Positions 45,410 through 54,724 of a DNA stretch of 64,000 nt are shown one piece after another. Below the pieces are notes generated by a model that was not told where the DNA came from, made no database searches, and worked only from the letters and a program-made list of their open reading frames with translations. The position numbers were made by a program, and so were the translations under genes. Every line of letters begins with the position of its first letter. Within the stretch, counting starts at the first letter, position 1. The DNA is from Candidatus Krumholzibacteriota bacterium (GTDB lineage Bacteria > Krumholzibacteriota > Krumholzibacteriia > JAJRXK01). The DNA is taken from assembly GCA_963727455.1 (NCBI GenBank), contig CAVSGG010000003.1, positions 64,001 through 128,000 on the forward strand, given 5' to 3'.

Positions 45410-48354
45410 TGGTAACTCACCCCCAGGATCAGGGTGCGGGGGTCGGTGCGATAGGAAGGATCGACGTAGTCCTCCACGTAGTCGATGGTGGAGACGGTGC
45501 GGGGGGACCCGTTGAGGCGTTGGCTCGCAATATCCCCGTCCCAGTTGCCTCGAATGTATCCCTCACCCGTCCAGGGATTGACGCGCCGGTAGTTGGCGTG
45601 ATCCAAGATGTTGCGCGCTTCGAGGTAGATCGTCACCCTTCGCTTCTCGTCCAAATGATAGAACTTGGAGAGTTTCAGATCGAGGGTACTTCGATAAGGC
45701 CCCAGCTTGCCGTAAGTATCCGAGGAGTTCTGCACGCTTCCGTTCTCGGTCAGCACGCGCTCGGTATAGCGCTGCCCGGACCAGGCCTTCAAAAGAAGAT
45801 TCGCACTCCAATTCTCGGGCAGCGTCCATCCCAAAAGCTGCGGCGCGTGCTTTTCACCCACGTAGAAGTCCAGGTTCAAGGTCACCGACCAGGGACGATC
45901 CCACAGGAGCGGCACGTTGCGAATCCCCTGCTCGGTCTGGAAGTCGGGATTGCCCTGTCCCAGCTCCGCGCTCAGGAAGGTGGCGTTCGCATCACTGTTG
46001 CTCCCGGTGGTCCGCTGCAACTCGAAGGTGAGACTTCCGCTGAGGTAGCGCGTGGTGCGTTTCACGATCGACAATTCCATTCCGATGGAGCGCGCCGCAT
46101 CGGCGTTGAAGTAGCGAATGGGATTCACCACCACCGCCACTTTGTCGTTGGGATCGGGGGTGTCCTGCGGATCGATCACGACCTGATCCAAGGCCACGCT
46201 CTGCGCGTAGCCGTAGATGTCGTTGCTATAGAAGGTGAGGCCGGCGCTCCAGAGATTTTCGAACTCGTGCTGAATTCCCGCCTCGTACTGCACCGTGACC
46301 TTGGGATCGAGATCGGGATTGCCCAGGAGCTGCAGGTCGGTCGCGAAATTGGTCTGCAGCTGCGCGTACACGTAGTTGTAACGCGGCCACTGGTTGAAAT
46401 GACCGTAATTGAAGAAGAACTTGTCATGCGGGGAGACCGGAAAACTCACCCCGATACGCGGGCTCAAGCGGGCCTTCCAGCGCACTCCGAAGGCGCTGGT
46501 CGTTTTCGAGTTATAACTGTCGACCATCTCGGGAAAGATGAAGACGTAGTCCTCGCTGTTTTCCATGACGCGGTCCACTTCCCGCCCCGGGGCCCAGGCG
46601 TCGAGACGACCACCCAAGTTGAGAATGAGACCCTTGTAGCTGAGACGATCCTGTACGTAGCCCGCGAAAACCTGAGGATGAACCCGAAAAATGTCCTCAC
46701 TGCGCGCCAAGAAGCCAGGCGGCGGATTGCCCAAGGATCCACTCAGGTCGATGAGCTGCATCTCGCTGTAAGTGTATTCGAAGCCCGTCTTGAAGCGGCT
46801 ATTCTCGCCTGCGAGCCAGGCATAGTCGGCTTTCGCCACATAGGATTCCGAGTAATGGTCGTGCCAGCGGTCGGCATCTCCCCCCACGTGCGCGCCCGCG
46901 ATATACGAAGGAGCGCCCTCCCCGGGGGGATCATGGTAGTTGAGCTCGGGTCCCTGGTAGGTGGTGAAGTCGTCGTTACGATTCTTGTTGGTATGCTGCC
47001 TGGAGAACTGCCGTCCCAGGGTAACATCGTAGAAGGCGCTCTTCCCGTTGACGTGATGCCAGTTGAGTTGGGTGAGGATGTTCTGCGTGGTGGTCACGTC
47101 ATAGTTGTAGAGGATGTTCTGGTACTTCTTCGGAAAGCCCTCGCCGGCGAGCAGATAGCCCAGTCCCACCGTGGCCTGATTGCTGTAAGTGAGGTTGAGC
47201 TTGCTCAGGGGCGAGAAGGCCCAGGTCAGCTTTGCCAGCCCGCTCCACTTGTTGTCCGCGCGGGGCGACCAGACGTCGCTGCCGAGAATCGGTGAGAGCA
47301 CGCCCTTGGTTTGCTCTTTGGAGGGCATCTGTGAAATCTGGGACGGGTCCGGATCGCGCAACGATTTGGTAGGGAGGTAGGTGTCGCTGATGTCGCCGGT
47401 GAGACTGACGATGAAGTACTGCTTCCCCGGCAGATTCAGGTTGTTCCAGGGTACCACCGGGCCGGACAGGGTGAGCCGCGCCATGTCCTTGTCGTAACGG
47501 TACGAGTCTGGTGCGATCGCGTCGCTACGATAGGTGGCTTTGCCTTCGAACTCCTCGCCACCTTCCTTCGTCGAGACGTTCACGACCCCGCTCACCGCCT
47601 GACCGTATTCCGCCGAGAATCCGCCGGTGAGAACCTCGACTTCGTTGATGAGATCGGTGTTCACGCCCACTCCGTAGGAGCCAGCGCCAAGCGGGTCCTT
47701 CACTGCGATGCCGTCGAGGCGGAACTGCGTGTCGTCTTCGCGGCCGCCGCGGATGTGGATGGCATTGTCCTGCACCGTCACTCCGGCCTGCAGGGCCACC
47801 GCATCCACCAGATTGTCCAAGGGCAGCGCGTCGATGTCGCTGCCGCTGAGGCGCCGCGCGGTTCCCGTCTCGCTCACCACCAGCAACTTGCGTTGGGCCA
47901 AAACCTCGTAGGGATCAAAGACCTCCGCGTGCGGTTCCAGCCAGAAGTTGATCTCGACTTCGTCCCCGGGCAGAAGACTCAGAGTCACTTCGCCAACACC
48001 GTAGGTGATGTAACTGGCGCGAATGGTATAAGTGCCAGGCGAAAGGCCCCTCAACCAGAACTGGCCGTTGTTCAGCGAGAGAGTCCCTTTGCCGGTGTTC
48101 AGCACGAAGATGTTGGTATAGCTCAAGGGGACGTTGCGATCCTTCGCGAATACCCGCCCCTTGACCACGATGGGAAGATTCGGGTTGCGCTTGGCCTCTT
48201 CCTCGTAGCGGTGGAGGTAGCGGTAGCCAGTGACCTTCTCCCCTATGTCTCCGGTGACTTTCCCGATCTGTTCATCCTGCGCTCGCGCCATGACCGGTAA
48301 GAGGAAAAAGGCAAGTGTAACGATCAGTCGGACTCTCAGTTGCCAACTCCTCAC
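45403..48354 (-). CDS. TonB-dependent receptor with N-terminal carboxypeptidase-regulatory-like domain
   Basis: Plug motifs HIRGGR..D and VLTGGFSAEYGQAVSGVVN, plus SPRIGVSFP, GNPDLDP and C-terminal W. Confidence 0.92.
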   Translation of the reverse strand: MRSWQLRVRLIVTLAFFLLPVMARAQDEQIGKVTGDIGEKVTGYRYLHRYEEEAKRNPNLPIVVKGRVFAKDRNVPLSYTNIFVLNTGKGTLSLNNGQFWLRGLSPGTYTIRASYITYGVGEVTLSLLPGDEVEINFWLEPHAEVFDPYEVLAQRKLLVVSETGTARRLSGSDIDALPLDNLVDAVALQAGVTVQDNAIHIRGGREDDTQFRLDGIAVKDPLGAGSYGVGVNTDLINEVEVLTGGFSAEYGQAVSGVVNVSTKEGGEEFEGKATYRSDAIAPDSYRYDKDMARLTLSGPVVPWNNLNLPGKQYFIVSLTGDISDTYLPTKSLRDPDPSQISQMPSKEQTKGVLSPILGSDVWSPRADNKWSGLAKLTWAFSPLSKLNLTYSNQATVGLGYLLAGEGFPKKYQNILYNYDVTTTQNILTQLNWHHVNGKSAFYDVTLGRQFSRQHTNKNRNDDFTTYQGPELNYHDPPGEGAPSYIAGAHVGGDADRWHDHYSESYVAKADYAWLAGENSRFKTGFEYTYSEMQLIDLSGSLGNPPPGFLARSEDIFRVHPQVFAGYVQDRLSYKGLILNLGGRLDAWAPGREVDRVMENSEDYVFIFPEMVDSYNSKTTSAFGVRWKARLSPRIGVSFPVSPHDKFFFNYGHFNQWPRYNYVYAQLQTNFATDLQLLGNPDLDPKVTVQYEAGIQHEFENLWSAGLTFYSNDIYGYAQSVALDQVVIDPQDTPDPNDKVAVVVNPIRYFNADAARSIGMELSIVKRTTRYLSGSLTFELQRTTGSNSDANATFLSAELGQGNPDFQTEQGIRNVPLLWDRPWSVTLNLDFYVGEKHAPQLLGWTLPENWSANLLLKAWSGQRYTERVLTENGSVQNSSDTYGKLGPYRSTLDLKLSKFYHLDEKRRVTIYLEARNILDHANYRRVNPWTGEGYIRGNWDGDIASQRLNGSPRTVSTIDYVEDYVDPSYRTDPRTLILGVSYQW

Positions 48355-49901
48355 GGCTTCCCCCCGCTCGGCAGGGTCACCGGGTGCCCGAGGTGATTTT
48401 GTAAAACGAGACCGAGGGTTTCGATCGCATTTCCCAGGGCGTTGCAGTATTCCAGTTGGAATCCGAAGCAGACCGCATTCGCGGTTCCCGTGTCCGGTCT
48501 ACGCGTGGCGACCAGCGGACTGGAAGGACGACGATCGTGCAGATAGTCGTAGTTCTCGAAGCGGTAGAGCTCGGCGGTACCCGAGGTCATCACGAAGCCG
48601 TAGATCCCGAAGAAGAAACCCGTTCCGTCCAGATAGTTGCGGCCGATCGAAGATATGACCGGAAGATCCGTGGTCTGTGGCTCGGCATCGAGCGAACCGC
48701 CGAGAGCGGAAAGGTCCTGCGAGGTAGTGCGGAAGCCCGAGCGCGGATCCGGGTTCTTCTGCAAGCCCAGTACTTGCGAGCGGAAGGTGGTGCTCAGGTT
48801 CGAGCTGGCACCCACCGCGTTCTGGGTCTCCAGGAAGAGGTGACCCGATTGCGTACCGGCCGTATTGGGATCGAGGTCTTTGGTGAGATAGTCCTGCAGA
48901 ATTGCCTGTACGCGTAAGAGGTTCTGACTCTCCGAATTGCCGGTGTACCACACGAGCCACTGGAATTGTTCGAGAGTGAGACGAATGTCGTCGTCGCGGT
49001 CCGGTAGACCATCGGAGATGTCCCACAAGCTGTGCTGACCGGGCAGGAGCACCTCGAGCGCATCGCGATAGAAGGTGTCACGGCTGGCAAGGGAGGCCGT
49101 GTTCGGACAATCGTCTACCAATAGGACGTCACCGATTACCTGATAGACCTTCCAGGTATGAGAGAGTTCGGCCACGCCTCCTGCCTCGTCCGCAATGCGC
49201 ACGTAGATGGTTTGATCAAAATCTTTCGCGGGATCGCCAGGGGGAATGTTGCGCAGCACCAGCGAGAAGCGCGTCGGCGGTCGTGACTCACGCACCCATC
49301 CCTGACTCGGATCGGCCAGAGGGTCGCCAATGTCGTAGACGAGATCAGGATCGCTGCCTTCGTAACGGTACTCGATCCACGGAAGCAAGGTGGAGTCGCC
49401 GTCGAGATCGAAGCCGAAGAACTCGAAGGAAGCCGCACCAAAACTCGTCTCCACCGGATTGAAATTGTCGGCGAACTCCAAGAGCGGAGGAAAGTTCACC
49501 AGAGGGATGGTGACCGATACGGTATCGCTGAGCGCGCCACGATCGTCTTCGGCGACCACGTACAAAGTCGGGAACGCGCGACCACTTTCGTCGGTGGTGT
49601 AGGTCGCGGTCGATTCCTCCTTGGTAGTGAAGACCCAGGGATTGGAGGCCTGACCCTGTTGGGCGATGCTCACGTGGTAGCCCACGATGAAACCGTCCTG
49701 ATCGGTCCCGGACCAATGGAAGGTCGCCTGGTTGTAGGTGGTGGGTTGCAGGCTGTCCGCATCGGCGGGAAGAACCCAGATCGACGCTACCGGACGCGCG
49801 TTCTGCCAGCTCGAAGGATCGAAGGGTTCATTGGAGCAGGCGGCGGCGAGCGCGACACAGCCCAAGAGCCAGGGAAGGAGTTTTGCGAATGGTCTCGACA
49901 T
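48351..49901 (-). CDS. Hypothetical lipoprotein (Ig-like N-terminus)
   Basis: Lipobox AAAC, FHWSGTDQDGFIVGY, AEDDRGA and VLLVDD. First gene of the TonB receptor-PorV operon. Confidence 0.8.
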   Translation of the reverse strand: MSRPFAKLLPWLLGCVALAAACSNEPFDPSSWQNARPVASIWVLPADADSLQPTTYNQATFHWSGTDQDGFIVGYHVSIAQQGQASNPWVFTTKEESTATYTTDESGRAFPTLYVVAEDDRGALSDTVSVTIPLVNFPPLLEFADNFNPVETSFGAASFEFFGFDLDGDSTLLPWIEYRYEGSDPDLVYDIGDPLADPSQGWVRESRPPTRFSLVLRNIPPGDPAKDFDQTIYVRIADEAGGVAELSHTWKVYQVIGDVLLVDDCPNTASLASRDTFYRDALEVLLPGQHSLWDISDGLPDRDDDIRLTLEQFQWLVWYTGNSESQNLLRVQAILQDYLTKDLDPNTAGTQSGHLFLETQNAVGASSNLSTTFRSQVLGLQKNPDPRSGFRTTSQDLSALGGSLDAEPQTTDLPVISSIGRNYLDGTGFFFGIYGFVMTSGTAELYRFENYDYLHDRRPSSPLVATRRPDTGTANAVCFGFQLEYCNALGNAIETLGLVLQNHLGHPVTLPSGGKP

Positions 49902-50059
49902 CGCGCTTCGGCCGCAGTCCGGGTAATGAAACGGGGACGCGTGGGGTTTTGGTTCTTCTCGCGGCCGACGGTGGGGGCCGGCGGGATGGAGGAGTTTACA
50001 CCCGTCCGTCGGGTGATGGCTAGCAGCGAAGCCCCGTGGAGCGTGTTAGATTTGCGCTC

Positions 50060-50770
50060 ATGAACGTCACACCCTCTTCCGAAAATTCCGCGGCTTCGCG
50101 CGCCCTGGAGCGTACTCTGGGGATCGTGCCCCTGCGCACTCGCACCAGCGCGGCCTGGCTGCGGATCGCGTTGAACGATCTGCCGACCTTGCTCGAGGAT
50201 CACCGACAGTGCGAACTCAAGGCGGCAGCCAATGCACTCGCCCTCATTGGGCGAAATCCCGGAAAAAACGTACTGGTGGATCGGATGCAACGATTGGCGA
50301 AGGAGGAGTTGCAACACTTCCAGTTGCTGCGCGAGCTTCTGGCCGCGCGCGCCATCGAAGCGCGCGCCCCACAGCGCTCACCCTACATGAGTGGCCTGCA
50401 CGCGGGGCATCGAGATCCCATTCCCGCCCTGCTGGACGCCTTGCTGATCTCCGCTCTGGTCGAAGCCCGCTCCTGCGAACGCTTTGCTGCGCTGGCCCTG
50501 GGCCTGAAGCAGGATGTGTCGGCCGCAGGCCCGGAGCTACCAGCCACCGCTACGGGCCCTGAGAGTGAAAATTTAGCGCAAACCTATGAAAATTTGGCCC
50601 GCTCGGAAAGCGGCCACGCCGCCACCTTCTTGGATTTGGCCACGCGCTATTTCGAGCCCAATTTGGTGGAGAAGGAACTGGCGCGGCGTCTGGATCTGGA
50701 GGCGGAAATTCTGGCCGAGATCCCAGTCCGCGCGCGCATGCATGGGGGAAACGGTCCGCGCGGCAGCTAA
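50060..50770 (+). CDS. miaE: tRNA-(ms2io6A37) hydroxylase MiaE-like diiron protein
   Basis: DHRQCELKAA, LAKEELQHF, VEARSCERF, SESGH and C-terminal RMH. Confidence 0.88.
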   Translation: MNVTPSSENSAASRALERTLGIVPLRTRTSAAWLRIALNDLPTLLEDHRQCELKAAANALALIGRNPGKNVLVDRMQRLAKEELQHFQLLRELLAARAIEARAPQRSPYMSGLHAGHRDPIPALLDALLISALVEARSCERFAALALGLKQDVSAAGPELPATATGPESENLAQTYENLARSESGHAATFLDLATRYFEPNLVEKELARRLDLEAEILAEIPVRARMHGGNGPRGS

Positions 50771-51129
50771 AGATCCTCGCTTTGACGCCGGAGAACGACT
50801 GCGGCCCCGCGGGCGTTGCGGAGAGCGCCGGGCTTGTCCACCCGGACTCGCACCGATTCGACACGGGTATCCTGCAGGCACATTCCGGCCACGTCCCAGG
50901 CCACCGCTTCCAGGGTGAAGCGCCGCGCGGCGATCACCCGCTCTTCGATGGCAAGGGCCAGCTTCTCGTAGTCGACCGTGGCTTTCAGATCATCCTGACG
51001 CGCTGCGGACTCCAGATCCACCGAGAGCTGAAGATCGAGGACGATGTCTTGGGGGACCTCGCGCTCGTGCTCCTTCACTCCCACCGTGGCGCGCACTTTC
51101 AGGCCTTCGATGAGGATGAGATCGGGCAT
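50767..51129 (-). CDS. folB: Dihydroneopterin aldolase
   Basis: DLILIEGL, VGV..HER...Q, DDLKATVDY, TLEA and VDKPGA. Confidence 0.92.
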   Translation of the reverse strand: MPDLILIEGLKVRATVGVKEHEREVPQDIVLDLQLSVDLESAARQDDLKATVDYEKLALAIEERVIAARRFTLEAVAWDVAGMCLQDTRVESVRVRVDKPGALRNARGAAVVLRRQSEDL

Positions 51130-51136
51130 GGCTGTA

Positions 51137-51928
51137 CTACTTGGTGGTGCCGCCGAAGAAACTGTAGCCCACCGAGAGAACCACATTCCAGCCGCTGAAA
51201 TCCCAACCAACGGTTCCCAGCGGAAGTTGCTGGGAATCGGAGACTCCGTTGATCGAGGTCTCGACCGTGGTGCCGCTGGGATCTCCCATGTCCAAATAAT
51301 GATAGCCGCCGCGCATCGTCACCTTGGTTCCCGCAACGAAATCGAAATGGTACCCCAGGTAAGCCTGTGCGCTCAGGCCCGAGCCGGTCCAGTTTCCGCG
51401 GTAATGGGTATCGGAGTCCGGATCCAACTCGCTGACGATGTCGATACTCTCGCTCATGTCACTCCACCCGTATCCCAGGCCGCCACCAAGGAAAATGCCC
51501 TTGTCCACGGGGGGATACCAAGTGAGGTTCAAGCTGAGGTCCTGTAGCTTGGCATGGGTGTTGTCCAAGAAGCCCGTGTATTGGCCGCGCGATCCGGCGT
51601 AAGTATTGTTGCGCAGATCCCGCGACATGCGGCTGTACTCCACCGAAATCGCCACGCGATCCATCATTTGATAGGCCATCCCACCGCCCAAGTTGCCCGT
51701 GAGACCGAAGATCTCGTAGTTGGCCATAACATAGCTGTCGCGCAGGAAGGTCTCGTTCTTCTCGAGAGAGTTGTTTACCGAATCCATGTTCATGTTCAGG
51801 CCGCCGACCAAACCGTAGACGGTGACGCTTCCCTTGGGCGGCATGGACTGGGCGCTCGCATCGGGCACGAGAAAACTCAAACTGGCCACTGCCACCACAA
51901 GCCCAATCCAAACTCGATTCGCTCTCAC
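51137..51928 (-). CDS. Outer-membrane beta-barrel protein
   Basis: GTG start with GAAGGAG RBS, signal peptide and Gly/aromatic-rich strands. Confidence 0.75.
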   Translation of the reverse strand: MRANRVWIGLVVAVASLSFLVPDASAQSMPPKGSVTVYGLVGGLNMNMDSVNNSLEKNETFLRDSYVMANYEIFGLTGNLGGGMAYQMMDRVAISVEYSRMSRDLRNNTYAGSRGQYTGFLDNTHAKLQDLSLNLTWYPPVDKGIFLGGGLGYGWSDMSESIDIVSELDPDSDTHYRGNWTGSGLSAQAYLGYHFDFVAGTKVTMRGGYHYLDMGDPSGTTVETSINGVSDSQQLPLGTVGWDFSGWNVVLSVGYSFFGGTTK

Positions 51929-52133
51929 GGTTTCTCCTTCAGGACGACTGCAAGCGGGCAATCTCGCCTCGTTTCGGCGAGGCGAGCCGCAGATCCACAC
52001 TCTACCCCCCCCACAGTGGGCGAGGCAGATGGAGGATGGTAGCACCCCCATAGGGTGGAGTCCACCGGCCGCAAAAGCAAGGGGCCGCAGGGGCCCCAAG
52101 CTCTCCAAGTAGGATTTTCAGCCAAGCCGGGCC

Positions 52134-52751
52134 CTATTCCTGTCCGTGCCGCTCGGACTGGCCGTGGGCCCGGCCGCGCCGGCCCTTGTAGATGAGCCAA
52201 CCGCCGAAGTACACCAGCAGCAGCGGCCACCATTCCTCCATCCAGCGCAGGGACCAATCAAAGCGGGTGTGGAGGAAGAGGACGAGCCCCAAGAACACCA
52301 GCACCACACCCCAAGGGACGCTGCCTCGGCTGGGGAGCTCCAAGTCGCGGGGAAGCTCCTGCTGGAGCTGATGACCCTGCACGAATTGATTGTACAGAGC
52401 TGCGCGCCGGTAGGCGTCGATGATGCCAAAGAACCACCAGAACCCCAAAAAGATCCCCAAGAAAGGCTCGAGATCGTGGAAGTCGTTGGAAGACAGCATC
52501 GCGATCACTCCGGCGAAAACCAGGGCCTGCACGAAGCCGCGCTGGTAATAGCCGACATAGATGTTGCCCAACCCCGGAATCATGGCCGAAAGAAACGCCG
52601 CCCAGCCGGGAGCCTTGAGCCCCACTGTAGGAGCCGGGGCGGGTGGGGGTCCCGCGGGAGGCCACTGGCCCTGGGCATTCGCCGAGCGCGGTGCACCCTG
52701 GGAGGAAGGATCCGGGCCGTAGCCGCTCTGGTACTCGTGACTCTCACTCAT
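52134..52751 (-). CDS. Membrane protein (TM2/DUF5683-like + LiaF/DUF5668-like)
   Basis: AAFLSAMIPGLGNIYVG, IIDAYR and WWPLLLVYFG. Third gene of the ECF operon. Confidence 0.75.
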   Translation of the reverse strand: MSESHEYQSGYGPDPSSQGAPRSANAQGQWPPAGPPPAPAPTVGLKAPGWAAFLSAMIPGLGNIYVGYYQRGFVQALVFAGVIAMLSSNDFHDLEPFLGIFLGFWWFFGIIDAYRRAALYNQFVQGHQLQQELPRDLELPSRGSVPWGVVLVFLGLVLFLHTRFDWSLRWMEEWWPLLLVYFGGWLIYKGRRGRAHGQSERHGQE

Positions 52752-53631
52752 GGTTCGCTCCTTGCCTTGGAAGATCGGGATTCGGGTTCCCCCCGAGGCC
52801 CGCTGGGTCCTCTTGGGATCGAGGATGACGCAGTCCGCGCCAGATGTGATGGAATCCACCGTTGATGTCCTGGAGTGCCGGTGCGACCGCCGCGTTTTCG
52901 CGGCCGGTGACGGCGGAAAAGAGATCGCCCACGCCATCCATCAATTCGCGCACACCCGTCCAGGCTTCGGATCGTGCTTGCAAAGCACGCAGGAAGCCGC
53001 TCTTGCTCTCACGAAGATGCCGCTGCGCCGGACTGAACGTGCGGTCCAGGGTCTCGCTCGTCAGCGGTCGCAAATCCTGCGGCAGGGGAATCCCGGCCAT
53101 CACCGCGGGCTGACTCTCGCCCTTCAGCCAGTGCAAGCTCTGCTGAGCCACCGAGTGGAAGGGGGAAACCGGGGTCCCCGCCAGAAGCAGGACAAGAAGG
53201 GTGGCGACATAGGCTGCTTCCAGAGGAAACAGCGGGCGTTGCAGAGCCCGTTGCCAACGCCCTCGGGCGGAAGCGAAAATACTGGCCGGCCCAAAGAAAA
53301 AATCTCCCAGACGCTCTTGGGTGCTGCGCCACAGGCCGGCGACCCCGTGCGGGGCCAAGCTGGTGCGCGCTAAAATCGCTGCGGTGCACGCTTCGCCGGG
53401 TTCCTCTTCGACCATCGCGGGAAAGACGTCCTTCAACCAGGCCAGCGCCTCCGCCATGCCGCGGCATTCTTCGCAATGTTCCAGGTGGAGTTCGACCAGC
53501 TCGCGCTCGGCCGCGCGCAGTCCGCCGGCGTCGAAAGCCAGCAGTCGTTCGTGACAGCGCGCGCAGCTCTTGCCGGAAGTCGCGGCGAGGATGGCATCTG
53601 TCAAACGCTCGTCGTCGTGGGAGCGATTCAC
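52744..53631 (-). CDS. Anti-sigma factor with zf-HC2 zinc finger
   Basis: HLEHCEEC motif and a TM helix. Overlaps the ECF sigma stop codon. Confidence 0.85.
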   Translation of the reverse strand: MNRSHDDERLTDAILAATSGKSCARCHERLLAFDAGGLRAAERELVELHLEHCEECRGMAEALAWLKDVFPAMVEEEPGEACTAAILARTSLAPHGVAGLWRSTQERLGDFFFGPASIFASARGRWQRALQRPLFPLEAAYVATLLVLLLAGTPVSPFHSVAQQSLHWLKGESQPAVMAGIPLPQDLRPLTSETLDRTFSPAQRHLRESKSGFLRALQARSEAWTGVRELMDGVGDLFSAVTGRENAAVAPALQDINGGFHHIWRGLRHPRSQEDPAGLGGNPNPDLPRQGANHE

Positions 53632-54203
53632 CTTGCACCTCCCGCCGCTTCGGGTCCGGAGACCATACGCCGGATCTGTCCCGCCAGTGCGAGGCGCGCG
53701 CGACTGCTGCGCGACTTTACCGTTCCGACCGGGAGATCGAGCATGCTCGCGATCTCTTCGAAGCTCAGACCTTGAATGTCCTTCAGGAGCAAAATCTCGC
53801 GGTTGATCTCGCCGAGTTCGGCCAGCGCGCGATGCACAAGCCGCTTGCGTGTCTGCAGATGGGCAAGCTCGTCGGCCGCGAGCCCCGGCGCGGAGAGGTC
53901 GTGCATTTCCTCGATGGGAACGTCTTGGGCCGGAGGACGGGCCTTCTGCCGGCGCAAGAAATCGCGGCAGGCATTGCGCGCGATCGAGAGCATCCAGCTC
54001 TCAAAGCGCCGGGGGTCCTCACAGCTCGCCAGATGCCGATAGATCTTCACGAAGATCTCCTGCGTCAGGTCCCGCGCATCGTCCCGGCTGCCCACGAAGT
54101 GGTAGGCGAAGCCGCAGACACGCGCTTGATAGCGCCGCACGAGGGCCTCCCATGCCATCTCATCGCCGTCTTGGCAATACTGCAGCAGCTCAGGTAGCTC
54201 CAT
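53628..54203 (-). CDS. ECF RNA polymerase sigma-70 factor
   Basis: GDEMAWEALVRRYQ, DLTQEIF, WMLSIARN and region 4.2 EIASMLDLPVGTVKSR. Confidence 0.95.
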   Translation of the reverse strand: MELPELLQYCQDGDEMAWEALVRRYQARVCGFAYHFVGSRDDARDLTQEIFVKIYRHLASCEDPRRFESWMLSIARNACRDFLRRQKARPPAQDVPIEEMHDLSAPGLAADELAHLQTRKRLVHRALAELGEINREILLLKDIQGLSFEEIASMLDLPVGTVKSRSSRARLALAGQIRRMVSGPEAAGGAR

Positions 54204-54228
54204 GGAAACCCTTCGCGCCCTCTGTAAG

Positions 54229-54309
54229 TTGCGGCGATTCGTCGCGCCGGTCGAAGCTTGCGGCGATTCGTCGCGCCGGTCGAAGCTTGCGGCGATTCCT
54301 CGCGCCGGT
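54229..54309. repeat. 29-bp tandem direct repeat, about 2.8 copies
   Basis: ttgcggcgattcgtcgcgccggtcgaagc starts at 54229 and 54258, and at 54287 as a partial copy with 1 mismatch. Confidence 0.9.
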
Positions 54310-54724
54310 TCGGCTTCGTCTCTAGCTCCTCGATCCGGCCAGGTAGCCACTCCAGCTTGGTCCGAATCCCCGCGGAAGGGAAGCCTGGCCTGGGACTTCA
54401 GCCCCGAGCTTTCTCCTCCGCTTCCTAAGGATGGACGCGCGGCGTGCTCGACGGGTTCGCCCGTTCTTGAACTTTTGTCAGTCCGGGATGGCCTCGAGGC
54501 ACTGGCGGCTCGAGGCCGCGCAGCACGGGAACGCCAAAGAAAGAGGAATCGGTTTCGCAAGTGGGTAAATTTGCTACTCTTGGGGCGGTGAACTTCCCCG
54601 GGCCGCCGAACGCCCCGTGGCGGGGAGCGTCTCGAGGCGCCGAATCCTCCGATGCGCAGGATTCAACCGCTGACCCGGGCAGAAAGACCATCGGGAAATC
54701 TGTCCGCATCCTTGAAGGCTTCGC

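Noticed and set aside
45409-47295. 628-aa plus-strand ORF
   Set aside because: It is an antisense shadow of the TonB-dependent receptor.
54229-54309. CRISPR array
   Set aside because: The repeats are contiguous with no spacers, and there are no cas genes.
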